Shown piece by piece: positions 27,029 to 35,011 of a DNA stretch of 64,000 nt; the stretch's first letter is position 1, and the number at the start of each line of letters is the position of its first letter. The stretch is from Lachnospiraceae bacterium UBA935 (GTDB lineage: Bacteria; Bacillota; Clostridia; Lachnospirales; Lachnospiraceae): assembly GCA_002293525.1 (NCBI GenBank), contig DBDJ01000036.1, forward strand, positions 33,082 to 97,081, in the 5' to 3' direction. The notes under the pieces were generated by a model. The model made no database searches, was not told the DNA's origin, and saw nothing but the letters and a program-made list of their open reading frames with translations. Made by a program: the position numbers and the translations under genes.

Positions 27029-28030
27029 TTATTGGTTTTCCCTAAGCTTCACAACATTGGCGGCTTTTCTGCGCCGCTCGTCCTCAAGCGCAGCATAGTG
27101 TTTTCGCGTAGTATTTACATCTTTATGTCCGAGCACATCAGCGACCAGATAGATATCCCCTGTTTCGCGGTATAACGAGGTTCCATAAGTACTTCTTAAC
27201 TTATGAGGGGTTATTTTCTTTAATGTAGTTACTGTCTGGGCATATTTCTTCACCAGATTTTCAACGGCACGCACCGACAGCCGTCGGTTCTGCATGGACA
27301 GAAAGAGTGCTCCCTCATGCCCCGACAAAGGGATCATGGAGAGCCGTTTTTCAAGATAATCATGCAGAGCATCAGAGACTTCATCACCAAAATAAACGAT
27401 TGCTTCATAGCCGCCTTTTCTTCTGATCCGGATCCCGTTATTTTTAAAATCTATATCCCCGACATCCAGTCCGACACATTCCGAAACGCGTAGCCCTGTC
27501 CCTAATAGCAGGGTCAGCAAAGCAATATCACGTACTTTAGTCTTCGCATGATAGCGCAACTGATTTTTAGTCAATTTAGTACCATCCTCCACCTGATCCA
27601 GCAGGATGGCCACTTCATCGACATCCAGATGAACGATTTCTTTGTCATGCCGTTTCGGCATCGGCACGAGAGCAGCAGGATTGGTCTGGATCGACTCAGA
27701 GCGGAAGAAATAATTATAAAAACTCTTCAATGTAGCTAACTTCCTTGATTTCCCGCGTTCGTCATTGGTGATTTCTTTGCCGTCCTTTTGATACAACGTA
27801 ACGTAATCCAGATATTCTTCTATGTCATCACGTTTAATTAAGTCTAGCATACTTAAAGGAAATTCAGCTATTTCCATGCATTTACAATGACTGTTGTTCT
27901 GGTGCATATATTCAAAAAATACTCTTATATCATAAGCGTAGGCAAGCCTGGTACGAGAAGATGTGTATTCCTGTATTCCCCGGAAAAACTGTTTGCAAAA
28001 GAGCGGAAGAGTATCCAGCACTTCACGCAT
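27029..28030 (-). CDS. Tyrosine-type site-specific recombinase (Xer/integrase family)
   Basis: Catalytic R..HKLR..GH..Y (ITPHKLRST, LGHKDVNTT, RKHY). The start is placed at the ATG at 28030; a TTG near 28075 or the ORF-track start at 28162 (overlapping ttcA) is possible. Confidence 0.8.
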   Translation of the reverse strand: MREVLDTLPLFCKQFFRGIQEYTSSRTRLAYAYDIRVFFEYMHQNNSHCKCMEIAEFPLSMLDLIKRDDIEEYLDYVTLYQKDGKEITNDERGKSRKLATLKSFYNYFFRSESIQTNPAALVPMPKRHDKEIVHLDVDEVAILLDQVEDGTKLTKNQLRYHAKTKVRDIALLTLLLGTGLRVSECVGLDVGDIDFKNNGIRIRRKGGYEAIVYFGDEVSDALHDYLEKRLSMIPLSGHEGALFLSMQNRRLSVRAVENLVKKYAQTVTTLKKITPHKLRSTYGTSLYRETGDIYLVADVLGHKDVNTTRKHYAALEDERRRKAANVVKLRENQ

Positions 28031-28070
28031 TCTCAGGGTATTGACTTTATTCTGCTCATCATGATAATTT

Positions 28071-28802
28071 TTATTGCTTTCCAAAATAATCCTGCCATCC
28101 TTCCATCTTGCCGCGCTGTATCGCTGTAAACATCCGTTCCCTGACCCCAGGGTTTTCAGCATTCAATGTTCTTAATAAATTTTTAACATATTCGCGTTTC
28201 GTATATCCGTCTACCGGACAGGGACTTTTAACTACCGCAACCTTATAATGCTTAACAAACCCGATTACATCCGCTTCATCCATATACATCAGGGGCCTGA
28301 TGACTGTTATGTCCATCCGGTCCAGATAAGTGACTGGTGAAAAAGTATGGAATCTGCCCTCATAGATCAATGATAACAGCATAGTTTCCACTACGTCATC
28401 CTTATGGTGGGCATAAGCCACCTTATTACAGCCGGCCTCCCGCATCGCCTGATTTAACGCACCTTTACGCATCTTGGCACACAAGGAACAAGGATTACTT
28501 TCTCGGCGGTCTTCAAAAATAACCGACGCGATATCTGTCTTAATAATGGTATACGGTATGTCTAACGACGCGCACAGCTCTTTAATCTTGTCCAGATTCA
28601 GATTATCAAATCCCAGATCCACCGTAACCGCATGAATGTCAAATCTACAAGGATAAAACCGCTTAAGGCCATGTAAGGCATGCAGCAGAGTGAGACTGTC
28701 CTTGCCTCCGGATATACCGACAGCTATCCGGTCATTCTCTTCAATCATGCGATAATCATCCACAGCCTTTCGGACATAGCTCATAACCTGTTGTAATTTC
28801 AT
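28071..28802 (-). CDS. TtcA-family PP-loop ATPase (tRNA 2-thiocytidine synthetase-like)
   Basis: SGGKDS PP-loop and the CSLCAKMRKGAL cysteine motif. Confidence 0.8.
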   Translation of the reverse strand: MKLQQVMSYVRKAVDDYRMIEENDRIAVGISGGKDSLTLLHALHGLKRFYPCRFDIHAVTVDLGFDNLNLDKIKELCASLDIPYTIIKTDIASVIFEDRRESNPCSLCAKMRKGALNQAMREAGCNKVAYAHHKDDVVETMLLSLIYEGRFHTFSPVTYLDRMDITVIRPLMYMDEADVIGFVKHYKVAVVKSPCPVDGYTKREYVKNLLRTLNAENPGVRERMFTAIQRGKMEGWQDYFGKQ

Positions 28803-28885
28803 TTTGTCTTATCCACCTCGCTATCAACACATATTAAACTTAATTATACCAAAAACAAGCTTAAAAGTCTTGTGTATATTCGTTG

Positions 28886-29086
28886 AATAAGAAATTACCG
28901 AATAAGAAATTATAGGTATTCGCTGAATAAGAAATTATAGGTGCTGAATAAGAAATTTTAGATGTATAAGAAATTATAGGTGAATAAGAAATTATAGGAA
29001 TTAGGAGGAATTAAACGGATTTAAACGGATTTAAGCGGATTTAAGAGGAATTAAAAGAAATCAAAAAGAAATTAAGGACAAGGATA
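28886..29086. repeat. Two adjacent tandem-repeat arrays in a divergent promoter region
   Basis: Six GAATAAGAAATTATAGG-like units (28886-29000), then CGGATTTAA/GGAATTAA-type units with about 11-bp period (29000-29086). Confidence 0.85.
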
Positions 29087-29192
29087 GCCATAACACCTAT
29101 ACAAAAATTATCAAGCCATAACACGTTCTATACTTGTAATTCCCTGGATTTTACAGTATTATGAATAGGAGAGATGCATTGAAGGAGATTTT

Positions 29193-30479
29193 ATGAAATT
29201 TCGTCCTAATAAAAAAGATCTATCAAAAGGAATCATAGCGCTGCTAGTTATTATCGCGGCTATCTGTTTCTACTACCTTTTATTTAACGGAACTCATTTC
29301 AGTTCTATAATCAAGTCGATTTTTCAAATATTTATGCCAGTCACGTACGGGTTTATATTTGCATACTTACTGACTCCCGTAGTCAATAGGCTGGAAGTCC
29401 GGGTGATTCTTCCTGTCATCAAAAGATTAAAAATAAAAAACGAAGTTAAAGCTCAAAAAATATCAAGAGGACTAACGATCTTCATAACGGTAATGGTAGT
29501 GCTATGGGTAATTTATAGTTTCTTCGCCCTGATTATCCCCGAGTTGATCAGCAGTATCCGAAATATTTCCGTACAGCTTCCGATTTTCGTAAGAAATACT
29601 ACCGACTGGGTAAACAAAATCCTGGCAGATAATCCTGACATCAGGGATTTCATCAGAACCACCCTCCCCATCTATTCAGATCAGCTGCAAAGCTTTCTGA
29701 ATACAAATATTCTGCCGCAAATGGAGACCGTCTTTAAATCCGTTACGCTCAGCGTAATGAGCCTAGTCCAGGTACTATGGAATTTTTTGATCGGCATCAT
29801 TATTTCCTGCTATGTGCTTTTTAATAAAGAACTATTTGCCGGTCAATGTAAAAAAATCCTATATGCTTTATTCAAAACACCGACAGCCAACAACATCATC
29901 CAACGCTCCCGTTTTACCAACAAGACATTCAGCGGTTTCATCGGTGGCAAGATCCTTGATTCCCTTATCATCGGTTTATTATGTTTTATCGGAGTCAGCC
30001 TTTTACAAATGCCACATGCAGTCCTAGTCAGTGTCATAGTGGGTGTAACTAATGTAATACCTTTCTTTGGCCCATATATCGGCGCCATTCCCAGTGCCTT
30101 TTTGATTTTTATGGTAAGCCCGATAAAATGCCTTTACTTTTTGATATTTATCTTAATTTTACAACAATTCGACGGCAACGTCCTGGGACCAAGAATCCTC
30201 GGAGAGTCTACCGGCCTAAGCGGTTTCTGGGTGATTTTTTCGATTACCATTTTCGGAGGCCTCTTTGGTGTTTTAGGCATGATAATAGGAGTCCCATTTT
30301 TCGCTGTCCTATATACCATATTCAGAAGCTATATCAACAAAAAACTTACCCTCCGGGGTTTGCCCGACAGTACCATAGAATATCTAGATGTGGGCACGAT
30401 AGAAGACAACAATTTAATAAAACTCCAACCAGAAGACAAAAAATCCCAAACGTCCCAGTCCACAAATAATTTAAAATAA
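29193..30479 (+). CDS. AI-2E family transporter (UPF0118/PerM)
   Basis: 428 aa, polytopic, with ILQQFDGNVLGPRILGESTGLS typical of the family. Confidence 0.85.
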   Translation: MKFRPNKKDLSKGIIALLVIIAAICFYYLLFNGTHFSSIIKSIFQIFMPVTYGFIFAYLLTPVVNRLEVRVILPVIKRLKIKNEVKAQKISRGLTIFITVMVVLWVIYSFFALIIPELISSIRNISVQLPIFVRNTTDWVNKILADNPDIRDFIRTTLPIYSDQLQSFLNTNILPQMETVFKSVTLSVMSLVQVLWNFLIGIIISCYVLFNKELFAGQCKKILYALFKTPTANNIIQRSRFTNKTFSGFIGGKILDSLIIGLLCFIGVSLLQMPHAVLVSVIVGVTNVIPFFGPYIGAIPSAFLIFMVSPIKCLYFLIFILILQQFDGNVLGPRILGESTGLSGFWVIFSITIFGGLFGVLGMIIGVPFFAVLYTIFRSYINKKLTLRGLPDSTIEYLDVGTIEDNNLIKLQPEDKKSQTSQSTNNLK

Positions 30480-30509
30480 CCCAAAAGTGAATAAGGAGGA
30501 CAGAAAATA

Positions 30510-30809
30510 ATGAACATAATAATACCAATTATTATTATTGCCTTTATTTTAATAGTATACGTCTATACATTTCTCAAACAAAGAAATAAACGAATGGAAA
30601 ATCAAAGAAATCTAGACACATTTCGCATGCAATATCAACATCGTCTAACCAAACCCAATACCAACCCCATTACAAACCCCAATACCAATACCAACCCCAA
30701 TACAAGCACGACTCCAAATACCACCACACCAAATTATCATCATCACCCAAAACTCACTCACCAAGAAGATTATCGCGAGCAAAAAGATTATCACAACCAA
30801 AAAGATTAA
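30510..30809 (+). CDS. Hypothetical small membrane protein with low-complexity PNT and QKDYHN repeats
   Basis: N-terminal TM (IIIPIIIIAFILIVYVY). The tail is encoded by short tandem DNA repeats, and the stop lies inside a repeat unit. Confidence 0.35.
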   Translation: MNIIIPIIIIAFILIVYVYTFLKQRNKRMENQRNLDTFRMQYQHRLTKPNTNPITNPNTNTNPNTSTTPNTTTPNYHHHPKLTHQEDYREQKDYHNQKD

Positions 30810-30851
30810 CACAACCAAAAAGCTTATCACAACCAAAAAGCTTATCACAAC
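30762..30851 (+). repeat. 18-bp tandem repeat, 5 units (CAAAAAGATTATCACAAC)
   Basis: In frame with the 30510 ORF. Unit 3 carries TAA where the other units have TAT. Confidence 0.85.
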
Positions 30852-30922
30852 CAAACGTCAGCTGAAACTAACATCCCCCCCACAACACCTACCAATTAAC
30901 CAACCCTCAACACCCAACCCAC

Positions 30923-31011
30923 GACTTTAACGAATAGTTGGCTCAATATCAAGAGCAACCAGCACACCCCGCGCCAACTATTCGTTAAAGTCGGCTTTTG
31001 CGAATAGTTGG
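30923..31011. repeat. 19-bp perfect inverted repeat plus a third partial copy
   Basis: GACTTTAACGAATAGTTGG (30923-30941) is the reverse complement of 30974-30992. CGAATAGTTGG recurs at 31001-31011. Confidence 0.85.
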
Positions 31012-31012
31012 A

Positions 31013-31636
31013 TTACTGTTTATTCTCGAAGTCATCGATATATTGGATGATCAGCCGCACTGTCCCGTCAATCCCCAACACGCTGCTGTTTACGCAGAGG
31101 TCATAACTGTCAGCCCGTCCCCACTTTTTCGAGGAATAATAATTATAATAGCTCTGACGCTGTTTATCCTTCTTGGCACACATTTCTTTTGCTTTAGCGG
31201 CATCGACATTGTATTTTTCACAGACATGCTTGACTTTTTCTTCTTCATTTCCATAGATAAAAATATGGACACAGTTCTTTTTATCACTTAAGGCATAATC
31301 TGCGCAGCGGCCCATGATGACACAGGGCCCTTCATCGGCAATTTTCTTAATGGTATCAAATTGAGCCAGGAACACCTTATGACTGATCGGCATATCCACA
31401 AAATGTGCCGCATTATAGCCAAATGAATACGTATCCATGACTAGGTTGTACAAAAAAGAACTGGTAGGCCTTTCATCATGGTTATAGATCATTTCTTCGC
31501 AGAATCCGCTTTCTTTGGCAGCCCTGGTCAGCAGTTCTTTATCAAGAAACCGGATATCAAAATGCTTGGCTACCTGCTCTCCTATTTCATGCCCGCCTGA
31601 TCCAAATTGCCGTCCTATGGTAATAATGGTATTCAT
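31013..31636 (-). CDS. Cytidylate kinase-like family protein
   Basis: ITIGRQFGSGGHEIGEQVAK. Paralog of 24973-25605 in the opposite orientation. Confidence 0.7.
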   Translation of the reverse strand: MNTIITIGRQFGSGGHEIGEQVAKHFDIRFLDKELLTRAAKESGFCEEMIYNHDERPTSSFLYNLVMDTYSFGYNAAHFVDMPISHKVFLAQFDTIKKIADEGPCVIMGRCADYALSDKKNCVHIFIYGNEEEKVKHVCEKYNVDAAKAKEMCAKKDKQRQSYYNYYSSKKWGRADSYDLCVNSSVLGIDGTVRLIIQYIDDFENKQ

Positions 31637-31932
31637 ATAGCACCCCCATTCGAAATATTTAATTGGTTAAGTTTATTATAGCATATTACCACATTCAGAG
31701 GCAGAAATATATAAATTAATTTATTGAATTTATTGAATTAATTTCGCTGCAAGCTGTTTTCGCTATAATTAAGGCCATTTTCCGATTCGTTCCCCGCTAC
31801 TCCGCCAGCCAGAAGAGATGATTTTCATTTTTCTGGCCAAAGGGCGAAGCAAACTGGCTTAATTCAAACAATCTTTAACTTGCCGAATAATTCGTTTATC
31901 AATATATTCCAACGATTTATTCAATATTTTTA

Positions 31933-31962
31933 TTGACTGTAACTAAAATAACCTAGTATAAT
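31933..31962 (+). promoter_or_regulatory. Sigma-A-like promoter for the XRE gene
   Basis: TTGACT (31933-31938), 18-nt spacer, TATAAT (31957-31962). AAAGGAGG RBS follows. Confidence 0.5.
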
Positions 31963-31987
31963 TAAAATCACAAAAGGAGGAATAAAA

Positions 31988-32458
31988 ATGGCAAACATAG
32001 AATTTTCAAGGGCTCTAAAAGAATTGCGTCAAAAGGCCGGATTCACCCAAAAAGAAGTCTATGAGCATTTTGAAATACCGCAGTCAACATTTAGTTCGTG
32101 GGAAGTCGGAAAATCGGAGCCATCGGGAGAAATGCTCCTAAGATTGTGTAAGTTTTATAACTCTGACATGCTGAAAGACTTTAATGCGAATGCCGATGCC
32201 CTAACAAACAACGAATTACTGGTTATAGAAAAATATCGTGAGCTAGACAATTATGGCAGAAATGCCGTTAAGGTAGTGATGGAAAATGAATTGAAACGTA
32301 CCAAACATGACGCCGAAGAGAAAGCATTGATTGCCAGAATACATGAACTGAACCGAACGCTAAGTGCTGCTTACGAGCGAACCGACTTGGGCGATCTGTC
32401 CGATGAGGAACTGGCCGAACTAAAAAGACTCGATGATGAGATAATTGACAGGATGTAA
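31988..32458 (+). CDS. XRE-family helix-turn-helix transcriptional regulator
   Basis: HTH_3 N-terminus (LKELRQKAGFTQKEVYEHFEIPQSTFSSWEVGKSEP) with a coiled C-terminal half. Confidence 0.8.
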   Translation: MANIEFSRALKELRQKAGFTQKEVYEHFEIPQSTFSSWEVGKSEPSGEMLLRLCKFYNSDMLKDFNANADALTNNELLVIEKYRELDNYGRNAVKVVMENELKRTKHDAEEKALIARIHELNRTLSAAYERTDLGDLSDEELAELKRLDDEIIDRM

Positions 32459-32543
32459 CGGGAGAAAACTGTTGCGATGTCGCGATGAGGCGTATTTGCA
32501 ATTATATAAACATATTTAAACACAAGAAGAAAGGAATTTTACC

Positions 32544-33809
32544 ATGAATCAAATTATTTGTGAAGAATGCGGTAAAGAAATACCTGAAAAGGCGAATAAT
32601 TGCCCCTACTGCGGTTATCCGGTATTTAATATGCCGCTGCGTCAGACGGTACCAGTGACACCTAGACCCCTGAATCAAAATCAGGTGAACCAATCAAGAC
32701 TGATACCGCCCATTAATAACACCATGCCGGCCACACCGACACAATCCGGTATGGGACTCGCGGCACTTATCCTCACAGTGTTGGGTTGCACTTGCCTGAT
32801 TGGGACAATTCTTGCGATTATTGACCTTGCCAGAAAAGACAAAAGTAAAAAGCACACCCTATCTGTCATCGCCTTGGTTATATCAGGGCTTTGGCTTCTG
32901 ATTGGGATCGCTGGTTTAGCAAACACCGTCATTAACACTCCATCAAGCGCGTTTGTCGAGGAATTCTCTACCCCGGCTGTCGAAGATGATTCCTTCAGTG
33001 AGCAAGTGGCGGCTGAACCGGAGGTAAAAGAAGAACCCACTCCCACCCCTGAACCCACCCCTGAGCCTACCCCTGAACCTACCCCTACGCCGTCTCCCGC
33101 AATCTCGAAAGAGGAATTCATGGCATCTTGTCAAGAAATTGACTACAAGACCTTGGCGCGTAACCCAGAAGAGTATATCGGCCAGCCAATCGTCCTGACC
33201 GTAAAAATTGAGCAGATATTACAAGGCGGCTGGTTTGACGACAGCCAATATTATCGAGTTTATACCAATGACGATTTAGATTGGTGGATGGGCGACGAAT
33301 ATTTTATGTACGATTACCGGCTGGACGACGACACGCGACTGCTGCAGGATGATATTTTGAAGGTGTACGCAGAATTTGCAGGCTTGGAAACTGTTACAAG
33401 AGCGTTGACAGGAACAGACGAGGAAGTTCCGGCAATCAAGGCACTGTATATTGAAATATTAGAGGATGCCGAAAGTGTGTCAGCGGAAGATACTACCCAG
33501 ACAACAGATGACCCAAATGTCACGATGGGTCAAAGAAACGCCCTGCAAGAAGCCAAGAGCTATTTAGACCTTATGCCTTTTTCCTATGAGGGCATAATAG
33601 AGATATTGGAATATGAAGAATATTCTTACGAAGATGCCGTTTATGCGGCAGACAACTGTGGAGCTGACTGGTATGAGCAAGCCGCTAAATGTGCTAAAAG
33701 TTATCTGGATTTTATGGCGTTTTCCCGCGAAGAATTAATAGATCAGCTAGAATATGAAGGATATACTTATGAGCAGGCAGTGTATGGCGTGGAAGCAAAC
33801 GGTTACTAG
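32544..33809 (+). CDS. Zn-ribbon / 2-TM / PT-linker protein with two C-terminal Ltp-type repeats
   Basis: CEECG..CPYCG zinc ribbon, two hydrophobic helices, a (PTPE)n linker, and two repeats (QRNALQEAKSYLD..FSYEGIIEILEYEEYSYEDAVYA and EQAAKCAKSYLD..FSREELIDQLEYEGYTYEQAVYG) resembling phage TP-J34 Ltp. Confidence 0.65.
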   Translation: MNQIICEECGKEIPEKANNCPYCGYPVFNMPLRQTVPVTPRPLNQNQVNQSRLIPPINNTMPATPTQSGMGLAALILTVLGCTCLIGTILAIIDLARKDKSKKHTLSVIALVISGLWLLIGIAGLANTVINTPSSAFVEEFSTPAVEDDSFSEQVAAEPEVKEEPTPTPEPTPEPTPEPTPTPSPAISKEEFMASCQEIDYKTLARNPEEYIGQPIVLTVKIEQILQGGWFDDSQYYRVYTNDDLDWWMGDEYFMYDYRLDDDTRLLQDDILKVYAEFAGLETVTRALTGTDEEVPAIKALYIEILEDAESVSAEDTTQTTDDPNVTMGQRNALQEAKSYLDLMPFSYEGIIEILEYEEYSYEDAVYAADNCGADWYEQAAKCAKSYLDFMAFSREELIDQLEYEGYTYEQAVYGVEANGY

Positions 33810-33903
33810 ATTGTAGCCACCAAGCCCTTACCCTATGCCCTAGCGGTATGGGCATCACAGAAGGCACTGTATGGATTATTCAAACACCTTTGTTATCATT
33901 CAA

Positions 33904-33940
33904 AAAACGGTTTACATAAATATATTATGTAAACCGTTTT
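33904..33940. terminator. Bidirectional terminator-like palindrome with a dif-like core
   Basis: AAAACGGTTTACATAA-ATATA-TTATGTAAACCGTTTT with 16-bp arms, between convergent genes. The core resembles Xer dif sites. Confidence 0.6.
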
Positions 33941-33976
33941 AATGAATCATATAATCCTTCAAGCAGACATATCCTT

Positions 33977-34909
33977 TTATCGTTTCTCGGATAAACTATT
34001 CAACAATTCTTCAAAATAGGCCGGCAAAGGCGCTTCTGTATGGATTAATTCATCAGTGACCGGATGGACGAACCCAAGTGTTTTGGCATGAAGCACCTGT
34101 CCATTCAGGTTAAAAGGGCATTTCCGGTTTCCATATACATTATCACCGAGCAAGGGATGGCCAATATGGGTCATATGCACTCTGATTTGATGCGTGCGCC
34201 CGGTCTCAAGCTGACATTCTACATAAGTATAGTTACCGAAACGCCGCAGTACCCGATAATGTGTTATGGCTTCTTTTCCGTCAGCAATCACTGCCATCCT
34301 TTTCCGTTCTTTAAGATGACGTCCAATCGGTGCCACAATCGTTCCCACATCAGATTTTACGTCACCAAAGACAATTGCCTCATAGCGGCGTTCCAAGTTG
34401 TGGTCTTTAAGCTGGCTGGATATGCCACGATGTGCCACATCACTCTTACACACTAACAAGGCGCCGCTGGTATCGCGGTCGATCCGGTGAACGATGCCGG
34501 GACGCAGAATTCCGTTGATCCCAGAAAGCCGTCCCTGACAATAATAAATCAGAGCATTAACTAGCGTCCCCGTATAGTGCCCAGGAGCAGGGTGAACTAC
34601 CATTCCCTGAGATTTATTAACGACCAACAGATGATCATCCTCAAAAAGTACGGAAAGCGGCAGATTCTCCGGCAGAATATCCGGAACTACTGCTTCGGGG
34701 ATCGTCAGGAAAATCCGGTCATCACATTTAACTCGATAATTAGCTTTTACAGGCTGCCTGTTTCCCGCACCCTTTTCCAGGAAAACCCGCCCCTCTTTCA
34801 AAAGCTTCTGAAGGTAAGAACGAGACAACGGATCGATAAGCAAACTGAGCTGCTTATCGATCCGTTCCCCTTCCTCTTCTTCCGCAATCTGAAATAAAAA
34901 TTCCTTCAT
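33977..34909 (-). CDS. rluD: RluA-family 23S rRNA pseudouridine synthase (RluD-type)
   Basis: N-terminal S4 domain and the catalytic motif HRIDRDTSGALL. Confidence 0.9.
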   Translation of the reverse strand: MKEFLFQIAEEEEGERIDKQLSLLIDPLSRSYLQKLLKEGRVFLEKGAGNRQPVKANYRVKCDDRIFLTIPEAVVPDILPENLPLSVLFEDDHLLVVNKSQGMVVHPAPGHYTGTLVNALIYYCQGRLSGINGILRPGIVHRIDRDTSGALLVCKSDVAHRGISSQLKDHNLERRYEAIVFGDVKSDVGTIVAPIGRHLKERKRMAVIADGKEAITHYRVLRRFGNYTYVECQLETGRTHQIRVHMTHIGHPLLGDNVYGNRKCPFNLNGQVLHAKTLGFVHPVTDELIHTEAPLPAYFEELLNSLSEKR

Positions 34910-34930
34910 AGTAATCCCGTTTCACAAGCT

Positions 34931-34993
34931 TTAACTTATTACGTCACTTATTACTTCCATTCGCATTACTTCCATTCGCATTACTATTCACAG
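34931..34993. repeat. 15-bp tandem repeat TTACTTCCATTCGCA
   Basis: Two perfect units (34951-34980) flanked by degenerate units, between lspA and rluD. Confidence 0.8.
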
Positions 34994-35011
34994 TTAAAAT
35001 CAATACTATCA

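Noticed and set aside
28886-29086. Considered whether the intergenic repeat arrays (here and at 11769, 15757, 34931 and 36788) could be CRISPR arrays.
   Set aside because: The units are 11-25 bp and directly abutting, with no unique spacers of about 30 bp, and no cas genes are present. They are simple tandem repeats.
27029-33809. Considered a prophage or integrative element (tyrosine recombinase, XRE, Ltp-like protein, with the GH25 lysin at 61.3 kb).
   Set aside because: I could find no capsid, tail, terminase, replication or holin genes and no flanking att-like direct repeats. The candidate genes are dispersed among housekeeping genes. At most these are isolated remnants.
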